From: Methylobacter sp. KS41
GTDB lineage: Bacteria; Pseudomonadota; Gammaproteobacteria; Methylococcales; Methylomonadaceae
NCBI GenBank assembly: GCA_002862125.1
Contig: PHSP01000004.1
Location: 168,935-232,934, forward strand
Reading direction: 5' to 3'
DNA length: 64,000 nt
Shown: in pieces, positions 1 to 9,377 of the stretch
How positions within the stretch are numbered: position 1 is the stretch's first letter
How the letters are laid out: every line of letters begins with the position of its first letter
The notes under the pieces: generated by a model
What the model saw: only the letters and a program-made list of their open reading frames with translations
What the model was told of the DNA's origin: nothing
Database searches by the model: none
Position numbers and translations under genes: made by a program

Positions 1-1
1 C

Positions 2-2605
2 AAGCCTCCGCTGATTCAAGCCCTGACCAGGGAAAACATTCAATACAGCAGGGATTTACAGGCAATTACCGACAAGATTGAAAATTACGCCGAGCAAAAA
101 ACCAAAGTGGATGCACAAACGAGCGAAATCGATAACGACTTCAAAAGCGCGGAAAAAAAAATCAGTCTGGCCGGTTTGAGTCCGGCGCTGGGCAAGATAT
201 TGCGTGAGCAGCGGCGTAATCTGCCGGATTCGAATCAACTTAGTCTGCAAACAGAAGACATTCAGAATGAAACTGCGTTAACCAGTCTCGAGGAATTTAA
301 AGTTGAAGACAAGCTAAAACAACTTACGGATATTGACGCCAATCTTCAGGAGATAATGGAGCAGCAGGTGGACCACAAACTGCCCCTGGAGCAGCGCATG
401 ATGATACAGGCTGAAGCGCGGGTATTACTCAACAGCCAGAATGAACTGCTAAATAAACTGTCCGTGGCTTACACCACTTATTTGCGTACGCTGGGTGATT
501 TTGATTTTGCCAGACAACAAATGATCAGCAAGGCCACGAATTTTGCGGCCTATCTGGATGAGAATTTGTTATGGGTTAAAAGCTCTGATCCTGTTAATGC
601 CGACTTTATAAGCGGTTTGTATCATTCGACAAAATGGCTGTTGTCGCCGCTTAACTGGATAGGATTAATTAAAGATACCCTAAAGGTAGCAATACATAAT
701 GCATTTTTGACCATTATCGGAATACTTAGCATGGTGTTGCTGTTAGCAGGTAAAAAACTGGCAAAGCAACAGTTATCGGCTATCTCGGCTAAAGTCGAAA
801 AAATTCATACCGACAATTTCAATTATACCTTGCAGGCGTTAGCATATACGTTAATGCTGGCAATGCCGATACCGTTATTTTGCTATTATTTTGGAGCGTT
901 ATTGAGTAGTAATATCCATGTTGCCGATTTTACCAGGGTAATAGGTAAAGGTTTGCAAGGCACTTCGGCGCCGCTGTTATTTCTGCAATTTTTTTATCGG
1001 TTATTTGCAGCGGAAGGTATAGCGCGTCAACATTTTCAATGGCCAAGGAACAATCTCATTTTGTTGCGCAAGCAAATTGCCTGGGTGCGTTTTTTTGCAG
1101 TGCCGGCGGCATTTATTATTGTCGGCACAGGCGCATCGAAAGTGTCCATGTATGGCGATAACCTGGGGCGCTTGGCGTTGATTATCAGCATGATCGCATT
1201 GGCGGTTTTCGGAGGCCGGCTATTCAATCCCAAAAGCGGTCTTTTACAGAGCTATTTCAAGGCCAATCCTGAAACCTGGATAACCAAATTGCGCTATATC
1301 TGGTATCTGGCGCCCATTTTGATACCACTGGTCATAATTGGTTTTGCTGTTGCAGGCTATTATCTAAGCGCCCTGGAGTTGGACCAAAAAGTGATTATCA
1401 CCCTGCGGCTGATTTTTTTGACAATCATCATTCATGCATTGGTGTTCCGCTGGTTAACACTGGTCAATCGGCAGTTAGCTATAAAAAATGCCAAGCAAAA
1501 GCGCAAAGCCGCGGTGCTTATCGAAAAACAGCATGCCGCCGGCGGAGATGAGCCTGTGCTGCACGTTGATGAAGAACTCATTGATATCCCTAAAATAAAC
1601 GCCCAAACCATCAAGATGCTTAATGTCTCCATCGGTTTTACGCTGGTGATCGGATTCGGGATGATCTGGAAAAACATCCTGCCGGCTTTTTCATTTCTGG
1701 AACATATTGTGCTTTGGAAGCATCTGGTTATTGTTAATAATCAGGAAAGTTATCAGCCGGTAACCCTGACCAATCTGTTACTGGCCGGTTTATATATTTT
1801 TATTATGGTGGTCTCGGTTCGGAATTTTTCCGGCGTCATGGAAATTTTAGTATTCAGACGCTTGTCCGTGGAAGCGGGCGGCCGTTATGCGGTTAACCAG
1901 CTGGCAAAGTACGTTTTAGTTTCCATAGGCTTCATTAGCGTGGCAAACGAATTGGGCGGGAACTGGTCTCAGGTGCAGTGGCTGGTTGCAGCACTCAGTG
2001 TCGGACTGGGCTTTGGTCTGCAGGAAATTTTCGCCAATATGGTATCTGGGATTATCCTGCTGTTTGAGCGCCCGATACGAATAGGCGACACTGTCACCAT
2101 CGGCAATGTCAGCGGCAAAGTCAGCCGCATTCAAATGCGCGCCACGACACTTATCGACTGGGATTTCAAAGAACTAATCGTTCCCAATAAAACCTTTATC
2201 ACCAGTCAACTGGTCAATTGGACTTTAAGCGACACAATCACCCGTATCGTGATTCCCATTGGAATTGCCTACGGCTCCGATACAGAACTGGCGCATAAGG
2301 TTATGTCTGATACGGTGCTCTCAACCCCGTTGGTCCTTGACGAACCCGCACCGAGCGTAGTGATGGATGCTTTTGGCGATAGTTCGCTAAATTTTTCCAT
2401 TCGAATCTATGTCAGCGAATTGTCGAACCGTTTACCGGTTACCCACGATTTGCACATTCGGCTCGAAAAAGCCTTACGTGAACATAATATAGAAATCCCA
2501 TTTCCACAACGGGATATCCATATTCGTTCAGTTGCGCAGAATTACGATGCCGTATCAACAAACCAGAAAAAACCGGACCCATGCGAGAGCGGGAGTCAGG
2601 TTTAA
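2..2605 (+). CDS. MscK/KefA-family mechanosensitive channel, 5'-partial. The reading frame is open to the window start; the listed start at 107 is an internal GTG. A C-terminal MscS domain is present.
   Basis: No in-frame stop from nt 2 to 107. Long N-terminal coiled-coil/periplasmic region, many TM helices, then the MscS beta-domain motif (GDTVTIGNVSGKVSRIQMRATTLIDWDFKELIVPN). MscK proteins are ~1100 aa, so the N-terminus lies upstream of the window. Confidence 0.8.
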   Translation, partial: KPPLIQALTRENIQYSRDLQAITDKIENYAEQKTKVDAQTSEIDNDFKSAEKKISLAGLSPALGKILREQRRNLPDSNQLSLQTEDIQNETALTSLEEFKVEDKLKQLTDIDANLQEIMEQQVDHKLPLEQRMMIQAEARVLLNSQNELLNKLSVAYTTYLRTLGDFDFARQQMISKATNFAAYLDENLLWVKSSDPVNADFISGLYHSTKWLLSPLNWIGLIKDTLKVAIHNAFLTIIGILSMVLLLAGKKLAKQQLSAISAKVEKIHTDNFNYTLQALAYTLMLAMPIPLFCYYFGALLSSNIHVADFTRVIGKGLQGTSAPLLFLQFFYRLFAAEGIARQHFQWPRNNLILLRKQIAWVRFFAVPAAFIIVGTGASKVSMYGDNLGRLALIISMIALAVFGGRLFNPKSGLLQSYFKANPETWITKLRYIWYLAPILIPLVIIGFAVAGYYLSALELDQKVIITLRLIFLTIIIHALVFRWLTLVNRQLAIKNAKQKRKAAVLIEKQHAAGGDEPVLHVDEELIDIPKINAQTIKMLNVSIGFTLVIGFGMIWKNILPAFSFLEHIVLWKHLVIVNNQESYQPVTLTNLLLAGLYIFIMVVSVRNFSGVMEILVFRRLSVEAGGRYAVNQLAKYVLVSIGFISVANELGGNWSQVQWLVAALSVGLGFGLQEIFANMVSGIILLFERPIRIGDTVTIGNVSGKVSRIQMRATTLIDWDFKELIVPNKTFITSQLVNWTLSDTITRIVIPIGIAYGSDTELAHKVMSDTVLSTPLVLDEPAPSVVMDAFGDSSLNFSIRIYVSELSNRLPVTHDLHIRLEKALREHNIEIPFPQRDIHIRSVAQNYDAVSTNQKKPDPCESGSQV

Positions 2606-2654
2606 TTGACAGAGATCAGTCTGCCTCAGCTCCAGCTTCATCAACGGCGGCAAT

Positions 2655-3140
2655 TCAATTGTCAGCTAGTTTCCGGTATGCGCCACTGTAATATAAAAGC
2701 GGCTCTCCCGGACGGCATACGCACTCCTGGACTTCGCCTATGATGATCCAGTGTGTGCCGGCGCGGACTTTCTCAACGACTTTACAATCCAGAGACATAA
2801 GACTGTCATTCAAAATAGGCGCTCCAGTAATACCAGCTTTCCAGTCTGTATTTTCGAAGCGCTGTTGCTGGCTGCTTCCGCCTGCAAAATGATTGGAAAG
2901 ATGCTCTTGATCCGATTTTAAAATATTAACAGCAAAGAACTTACTTTCATGAATACCCACCCCGGTGTCAGCAGAATCGTTGATACAAACAAGTACTTGC
3001 GGAGGATCAACTGAAACGCTGGTAAATGCCGTCACTGTCATGCCCTGAACGCCGAATTTTTCAGAGTTTGTCGTAACAACAGCGACACCGCTGGCCCACA
3101 GTCGCAACGCATTTTTAAAATCATCAACACTAACTGCCAT
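2655..3140 (-). CDS. Flavin reductase-like (FMN-binding split-barrel) domain protein
   Basis: 161 aa. N-terminal LWASGVAVVTT...GMTVTAFTSVSVDPP is typical of the HpaC/flavin reductase family. Confidence 0.7.
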   Translation of the reverse strand: MAVSVDDFKNALRLWASGVAVVTTNSEKFGVQGMTVTAFTSVSVDPPQVLVCINDSADTGVGIHESKFFAVNILKSDQEHLSNHFAGGSSQQQRFENTDWKAGITGAPILNDSLMSLDCKVVEKVRAGTHWIIIGEVQECVCRPGEPLLYYSGAYRKLADN

Positions 3141-3584
3141 TAATTTCTCCGGTTTTTGAGCTTATATTTCTATTTCTTTTCATACAAAAAAGAAATAATT
3201 ATTCAAGCGTAATAAAATTATTTAACTGTTATGTTACAACACATAAGCAGGCTTGTTAAATAATCCGAGGTATTCTTTTAGGCAACAGCCGTCCCAATAT
3301 AATCAATAGACTGATAAAATCAGGGCTACAAAATAGTATATTTCAAGTGAAAAATGAGTCTGGACGGGAAAAATAATAATCAGTTGTCCAATGAACAATC
3401 CGGCTGCTACAATCAAACAATTAGTTTTGAAAATTTAAGCAATTTCAATCTTAGCTTAATTTATTACCTGGTGGTTTTAATGCGATGCTATCAGAAGTTA
3501 AAATAATCACTTTGCTAAACATAATGCTAAAGGAAAACGGGTACGGAACTCATCTTCTCAGCTTAGTTTTTTTTGGGTTAGGCT

Positions 3585-4727
3585 ATGCTCAAAACAGACA
3601 TTAAAAAGTACGACTATATCGATGCACTTCGTGGTTTGGCGATTCTTGCGGTAGTCCTTGTGCATTCATCACAGTCAGTTGCGCCAAACAACGCAATACT
3701 ACTGTGGCTAATGACACAAGGTCAAACTGGCGTTCAACTTTTCTATATAGCTAGCGCACTAACTCTTTGCATGTCATGGGTGGCTAGGAGTTCCCAAGAA
3801 ATATTTCCAGTTCGGAATTTCTTTATTAGACGATTTTTTCGGATTGCTCCATTGTTTTATATTGCCATATTGTTTTATATTTCCGCGAATGGATTTTCTC
3901 CAGACTACTGGTCGCCGAATGGCATCAAGTGGTGGTTTGCTCCAATGACTGCGCTATTTCTGCACGGATTTCACCCAGAAACTATTAACTCGGTTGTCCC
4001 AGGCGGATGGTCAATCGCTGTAGAAATGAGTTTTTATCTCATATTGCCCTTTCTGATTGTAAAAATTAAATCCATAAAAACTTGTCTCTTCTTTTTTATT
4101 ATTAGCCTAGCGTTGTATGAAGTAAATAAAGTCATAATTTCACATTTATTCTTCTACCCAAAGGATCAACAATACCTTGTGAATAATTTTTCTTTTTTCA
4201 GTTTTCTAAGTCAACTTCCGGTGTTCCTCATCGGTATTTTTTGCTATTTAATTCTACGGAATAATTACCCTCGCAAGCAAATCGGCAGCATTGGTGGATT
4301 GCTTTTTTTTGTTCTTTTATTCCTGTTTTGTTATCCATCTTCAAGAATACCACCGCACCATTTTATTGCAGGCGGGTTGTTTTCTGTCTTTGCCATTCTA
4401 TTGTCCAACTGGCCAACGCGACTTCTAGTTAATCGGGTTACCATTTTGCTTGGCAAGCTAAGTTTCAGTATGTATTTGGCGCATTTTGCGGTAATAATGT
4501 ACTTTCATAAGCTTGGATTTAGCAACCTTTTTCCAAAATCAAATTCAGCAAGTCTTCTGCACTATTTGTGTGTTATCCTTGCGGCTGCCTTGGTGTCTTT
4601 CTTTTTATACAAATACATTGAAAAACCCGGCATTGGACTAGGAAAACGTTTAATCGAAAAACTCGATCAAAATGCTGCACGAAACACTACCATTACGGAA
4701 TCGGAGGCATTCCGAGAACTGAGTTAA
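3585..4727 (+). CDS. Acyltransferase family 3 integral membrane protein (OafA/OpgC-like)
   Basis: 380 aa, ~10 TM helices. N-terminal RGLAILAVVLVHS motif and later GWSIAVEMSFYL are characteristic of acyltransferase_3. The gene and its upstream region are markedly AT-rich relative to neighbours. Confidence 0.75.
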   Translation: MLKTDIKKYDYIDALRGLAILAVVLVHSSQSVAPNNAILLWLMTQGQTGVQLFYIASALTLCMSWVARSSQEIFPVRNFFIRRFFRIAPLFYIAILFYISANGFSPDYWSPNGIKWWFAPMTALFLHGFHPETINSVVPGGWSIAVEMSFYLILPFLIVKIKSIKTCLFFFIISLALYEVNKVIISHLFFYPKDQQYLVNNFSFFSFLSQLPVFLIGIFCYLILRNNYPRKQIGSIGGLLFFVLLFLFCYPSSRIPPHHFIAGGLFSVFAILLSNWPTRLLVNRVTILLGKLSFSMYLAHFAVIMYFHKLGFSNLFPKSNSASLLHYLCVILAAALVSFFLYKYIEKPGIGLGKRLIEKLDQNAARNTTITESEAFRELS

Positions 4728-4840
4728 AAAAATAGGCAACATGAAGCTAAAACTTATAATGCGTTAATGATCGTCGTTTTTTGTATTTTCTAACCTCGGA
4801 CAGTCTTCTAAATCAACAACAAAAATGTAGGATATCGATT

Positions 4841-5245
4841 ATGAGCATTTTGAAAGAATTTAAAGAATTCGCCGTCAAAGGCAATGCCGTTGATATGGCT
4901 GTAGGTATCGTTATTGGCGCCGCTTTTGGCAAAATCATTGCCTCAATGGTTGCTGATTTGATCATGCCACCTATCGGTGTGCTTGTAGGCGGAGTGGACT
5001 TTACCAAACTTGCCATCACTCTAAAAGAGGCAGTTGGTGATTCGCCTGCTGTAACTCTCAAATATGGCATATTTATTCAGACAGTGGTTGATTTCACTAT
5101 CATTGCTTTTGCCATTTTTATGGTGGTAAAACTCATTAATAAGCTTAAAAAACAGGAGGCAGATATCCCCGCAGCCCCGCCCGAACCCACTAAAGAAGAA
5201 TTATTGCTGACTGAGATCAGGGATTTACTGAAGGCAAAAAATTAA
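4841..5245 (+). CDS. mscL: Large-conductance mechanosensitive channel MscL
   Basis: [46 protein letters not shown] is near-identical to the MscL consensus. The start is the internal ATG at 4841 of the listed 4781 ORF, ~135 aa. Confidence 0.9.
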   Translation: MSILKEFKEFAVKGNAVDMAVGIVIGAAFGKIIASMVADLIMPPIGVLVGGVDFTKLAITLKEAVGDSPAVTLKYGIFIQTVVDFTIIAFAIFMVVKLINKLKKQEADIPAAPPEPTKEELLLTEIRDLLKAKN

Positions 5246-5293
5246 TTTCCATTAAGGAAGGTAAACATCATCACGATTTTATCGATATAGGCA

Positions 5294-5320
5294 GTAGAGA
5301 CGCGATTTGCGCGTCTCTAC
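5294..5320. terminator. Bidirectional stem-loop terminator between convergent mscL and clpB
   Basis: Perfect hairpin GTAGAGACGCG-ATTT-GCGCGTCTCTAC sits in the 85-bp gap between the mscL stop and the clpB stop. Confidence 0.55.
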
Positions 5321-5330
5321 ATATGAACGG

Positions 5331-7907
5331 CTAACCCTTAAAAAACCGCAACCCCTCGTTATCAATATCCACTTTTATGGTATCCCCGGCGATAAAGTTG
5401 CCTGCAAGTATCTCTTGCGCCAGCGGATTTTCCAGCTGTTGCTGGATCGCGCGTTTCATTGGCCTTGCCCCGTAAACCGGATCAAAGCCTGCCTCGCCTA
5501 ACAAGTCCAGTGCTTCATCACTGATTTCAAAGTTGATTTCCCTATCCAGCAGACGTTGACGCAGGTATTCAATCTGAATGCCGGAGATCGCTCTGATGTG
5601 TTCTCGCCCCAACGGATGGAAAACCACAGCCTCATCGATACGGTTAATAAACTCTGGCCGGAAATTCTGACTGACTTTTTCCATCACGGCCGCTTTCATG
5701 ACCGGATAAAGAGCCTCCCCTGCCAGCTCCTGAATAATGTCCGAACCCAGGTTGGAAGTCATCACGATGACAGTGTTTCTAAAATCCACGGTTCTGCCTT
5801 GGCCATCGGTCAAGCGGCCATCATCCAGCACTTGCAGCAAGACATTAAAAACATCAGGATGCGCTTTTTCAATTTCATCCATCAAAATTACCGAATACGG
5901 TTTACGTCTGACCAGTTCGGTTAAATAGCCGCCTTCTTCATAGCCTACATAACCCGGAGGTGCGCCTATCAGACGAGCGACCGAATGTTTTTCCATAAAC
6001 TCGGACATATCGATACGAACCATCGCATCGGCGGTATCAAACATAAATTCTGCGAGAGCCTTACACAATTCGGTTTTGCCCACACCGGTAGGCCCCAGAA
6101 ATAAAAACGAACCATTCGGGCGATTGGGGTCCGATAATCCGGCTCTGGAACGGCGTATGGCATTGCTGACTGCTTTAAGCGCCTCATCCTGACCGACGAC
6201 TCGTTTGCTTAGCGCTTCTTCCATGCGCAACAGCTTGTCACGCTCACCTTCCATCATTTTCGAGACGGGTATTCCCGTCCATTTTGACACCACTTCGGCG
6301 ATTTCTTCTTCGGTGACTTTATTACGCAGCAAGGTCATTTTTTGGGTTTCACCTGTCGCCGCCATAGTCAGTTGCTTTTCCAGCGCGGGGATGATGCCGT
6401 ACTGCAGTTCAGACATACGCGCCAAATCATTAGCACGGCTTGCCGCTTCCAGTTCAGTTTTGGCATGATCCAGCTTTTCTTTGATCGATGCTGAACCCTG
6501 CAATGAGGCTTTTTCCGCTTTCCAGATTTCTTCCAGATCAGAATATTCTTTTTCCAGATCAGCAATTTCTTCTTCCAGAATTTCCAGGCGCTTTCTGGAA
6601 GCGGCATCGGCTTCTTTTTTAAGCGCTACCTGTTCAATTTTTAATTGAATCAAGCGCCGGTATAACCTATCCATTTCTTCCGGTTTTGAATCAATTTCCA
6701 TGCGAATGCGGCTGGCCGCTTCATCGATCAGATCGATGGCTTTATCCGGCAACTGCCGGTCAGCGATGTAACGGTACGATAAACTTGCCGCTGCTACTAT
6801 TGCCGGGTCGGTAATATCAACTCCATGATGCACTTCGTATTTTTCTTTCAAGCCTCGCAAAATAGCGATGGTGTCTTCAACAGACGGCTCATCAACCAGA
6901 ACTTTCTGGAATCGGCGCTCAAGCGCGGCATCTTTTTCAACGTATTTACGGTATTCGTCCAGCGTCGTCGCGCCTACGCAATGCAATTCGCCACGCGCCA
7001 GAGCGGGCTTTAACATATTGCCCGCATCCATTGCGCCTTCAGCCTTGCCTGCGCCCACCATGGTATGCAGCTCATCAATAAACAGAATCACCTGGCCTTC
7101 CTGTTTGGCAAGATCATTTAAAACAGCTTTCAGGCGTTCTTCAAATTCGCCGCGAAATTTGGCCCCGGCAATGAGCGCCGCCATATCCAAAGCCAGCACC
7201 TGCTTGCCTTTGATACCCTCCGGCACTTCGCCGTTAACAATCCGTTGCGCCAGACCTTCAACAATCGCAGTTTTGCCTACGCCGGGTTCACCGATTAACA
7301 CGGGATTGTTTTTAGTGCGCCGTTGCAAGACCTGGATAGTGCGGCGAATTTCATCATCCCGGCCGATGACTGGATCAAGTTTGCCCTGTTCCGCGCGTTC
7401 CGTCATATTGATCGTGTATTTACTCAATGCCTGACGCTGATCTTCGGCATTGGGATCATCAACCGATTCACCGCCCCGCATTTTATTTATCGCTATTTCG
7501 ACATTGCTCTTAATCACGCCTGCTTTTTTGAGCAGATCATTTAATACGCCTTTTTCATCACAAGCTGCAAGAAGAAACAACTCGCTGGAGATGAATTTAT
7601 CCTTGCGTTTTTGGGCCAGTTTATCGGTTAAATTCAGCAGCCTGGCTAATTCATTAGAGACCTGGACATCACCCCCCGCGCCGCTGACGGTAGCGATACG
7701 CTCCAACTCTTTGGACAGATCCGTGCGCAACAACTGGGTATTCACCCCAAGTTGAGCAAGCAAAGGCTTGATAGTGCCGGCTTCCTGATCCAGCAATGCC
7801 AACATAAGATGCACGGGCTCAATAAATTGGTGGTCTTTTCCCAAAGCCAGACTTTGAGCATCAGCCAACGCTGTTTGAAACTTGCTGGTTAATTTATCCA
7901 TCCGCAT
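5331..7907 (-). CDS. clpB: ATP-dependent chaperone ClpB (Hsp100 disaggregase)
   Basis: 858 aa. ClpN repeats at the N-terminus, two AAA+ modules with Walker A GEPGVGKT / GPTGVGKT, and a long middle coiled-coil. Colinear with ClpB. Confidence 0.95.
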   Translation of the reverse strand: MRMDKLTSKFQTALADAQSLALGKDHQFIEPVHLMLALLDQEAGTIKPLLAQLGVNTQLLRTDLSKELERIATVSGAGGDVQVSNELARLLNLTDKLAQKRKDKFISSELFLLAACDEKGVLNDLLKKAGVIKSNVEIAINKMRGGESVDDPNAEDQRQALSKYTINMTERAEQGKLDPVIGRDDEIRRTIQVLQRRTKNNPVLIGEPGVGKTAIVEGLAQRIVNGEVPEGIKGKQVLALDMAALIAGAKFRGEFEERLKAVLNDLAKQEGQVILFIDELHTMVGAGKAEGAMDAGNMLKPALARGELHCVGATTLDEYRKYVEKDAALERRFQKVLVDEPSVEDTIAILRGLKEKYEVHHGVDITDPAIVAAASLSYRYIADRQLPDKAIDLIDEAASRIRMEIDSKPEEMDRLYRRLIQLKIEQVALKKEADAASRKRLEILEEEIADLEKEYSDLEEIWKAEKASLQGSASIKEKLDHAKTELEAASRANDLARMSELQYGIIPALEKQLTMAATGETQKMTLLRNKVTEEEIAEVVSKWTGIPVSKMMEGERDKLLRMEEALSKRVVGQDEALKAVSNAIRRSRAGLSDPNRPNGSFLFLGPTGVGKTELCKALAEFMFDTADAMVRIDMSEFMEKHSVARLIGAPPGYVGYEEGGYLTELVRRKPYSVILMDEIEKAHPDVFNVLLQVLDDGRLTDGQGRTVDFRNTVIVMTSNLGSDIIQELAGEALYPVMKAAVMEKVSQNFRPEFINRIDEAVVFHPLGREHIRAISGIQIEYLRQRLLDREINFEISDEALDLLGEAGFDPVYGARPMKRAIQQQLENPLAQEILAGNFIAGDTIKVDIDNEGLRFFKG

Positions 7908-7937
7908 GATGTTTACCTTATTAAAAAGTTTTTTAAG

Positions 7938-7976
7938 TTACTGCAGATATGAGGGAGGGCCGCACAATTTTCAAGC
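7938..7976 (-). promoter_or_regulatory. Sigma-32 (RpoH) heat-shock promoter of clpB
   Basis: Minus strand reads CTTGAAA-13 nt-CCCTCATAT. This matches the sigma-32 consensus CTTGAAA-N13-15-CCCCATNT, ~45 nt upstream of the clpB ATG. Confidence 0.7.
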
Positions 7977-8108
7977 AGGCTGTTGCATGTTATCGCATGT
8001 TAACCCGGCTTCATGATGCTTTATTGAAGTAAAGCCGGCTTAACTAGCCGGACGAATGGTGAATCAATTTTTTTAGAACATTTGCCGGATTTTGTTCCAC
8101 TAATTCAA

Positions 8109-8888
8109 TCAGCATTGGGTTTTCGATGGGTGATTTTGGTTTTTTAATCCTAGCCAATCGTAGAGCAAGGTTCTTTCGTTCACATAGGAACTTAGCCACT
8201 GCGCCATTTCTTTGCTGGCATTTTTCTTCAACCAAGCCTCAAAAACCGGATCGTCACCTATAAAACCCAACAACGTTATCTTGGGCAACAATTCCGGCAA
8301 TCTTTTCGTGATATATTTTTTTATTCCGGCAAATGTTGAAAGCGGAATTTTATTATAGATAACACCTATATTTTTCAGGCCCTTTAGTTGCATAAAAGAT
8401 ACGCACAGAACCGTATTGTCCAGGGCTGCACCGATACCTGGCTTGCCAACAAAAATAACATTGCATGGCAATGACAATGCCACGTCTACGTTGGATGCGC
8501 CCGCTATGCTACCAGTAGACGGATCGCCAACGCCATCGATAATGACCACCTCCTTGTCCTTGCCTAAACCGAGTATGGAGTCCAGAATGTCTGCCATCAG
8601 CTCTTCGGAGCGCTTGCTTAAGCCATCTATAAAATCCCGGCTAAAGCCCTTTCTGAAAACCAGAACGCCCAGGTCACAATAGGGGATTCTTGTTTGTTCG
8701 CAAAACAGGGCCACGTTCTGTTTTGCAATACATTGCGTGACCGGTTTGATATAGGCCAACTGGCTGGGGGCCAAACCCGATTCAAGTAATTGCGCCAAAA
8801 TCCCCATGCATACCGTGCTTTTCCCCGCGCCTGATTCTGAACCCATAACATAAATATATCTCGTAGTCATGAGTTTATGAGCATGCAC
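8109..8888 (-). CDS. BioD-like / CobQ-CobB-type P-loop NTPase domain protein (dethiobiotin-synthetase fold, AAA_26-like). Function unknown.
   Basis: 259 aa. N-terminal YVMGSESGAGKSTVCMGIL P-loop resembles CobQ/CobB/Pta N-terminal BioD-like domains. The true start is possibly the internal Met (MTTRY...) at 8871. Confidence 0.45.
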   Translation of the reverse strand: MHAHKLMTTRYIYVMGSESGAGKSTVCMGILAQLLESGLAPSQLAYIKPVTQCIAKQNVALFCEQTRIPYCDLGVLVFRKGFSRDFIDGLSKRSEELMADILDSILGLGKDKEVVIIDGVGDPSTGSIAGASNVDVALSLPCNVIFVGKPGIGAALDNTVLCVSFMQLKGLKNIGVIYNKIPLSTFAGIKKYITKRLPELLPKITLLGFIGDDPVFEAWLKKNASKEMAQWLSSYVNERTLLYDWLGLKNQNHPSKTQC

Positions 8889-9002
8889 GAAAACAGCAGA
8901 GCACCTTGAAACTCCTATGCCGAGCTTGTCGAGACATTAATTTGTCCGAGTGTTATAACGACGCGCACCTTCCTTAAACAATCTTGTCGTCATCACACTG
9001 TT

Positions 9003-9230
9003 TTAGCCGCCGTTTCCAATATTCTCCCAGGCATTGCTGCCGGACTCTTCCAATGCATGCAATTTTTTAGTAGTTTCACGCTGTTTGGTGCGCAACTCTT
9101 CGAGCTCTCGATCGTAGTTCATGTTTAAATCGGCCTCTGCTTGCCTGGATTTAACCACCAATAAGTCAATCTTGGCGCTCTGATCAATTAGTTCAACCAG
9201 GTTTTGCCGGTATTCTTCTGTTGTGTTCAT
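9003..9230 (-). CDS. Small coiled-coil hypothetical protein (75 aa)
   Basis: Good GAGGAG RBS upstream. Charged helical sequence. Sits between the BioD-like gene and the HypX-hemerythrin gene on the same strand. Confidence 0.4.
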   Translation of the reverse strand: MNTTEEYRQNLVELIDQSAKIDLLVVKSRQAEADLNMNYDRELEELRTKQRETTKKLHALEESGSNAWENIGNGG

Positions 9231-9377
9231 GGGTTAACTCCTCGGGTTATTTAGAATAATTACCTCTAAAACAATGGGTTTTCTGGCGTAAATGTTCTCT
9301 GGCGGCTAAAGCGGCCCAACACTCATTATCCAATCAAAAATGATTATAATCCCTGTTCAAGCCTCGCCAAAATTCCC

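Noticed and set aside
6868-7434. 188-aa + strand ORF (and several 60-120 aa ORFs) antisense to clpB
   Set aside because: Shadow ORFs inside a confidently called, highly conserved gene. Ser/Pro/Arg-rich composition typical of antisense frames.
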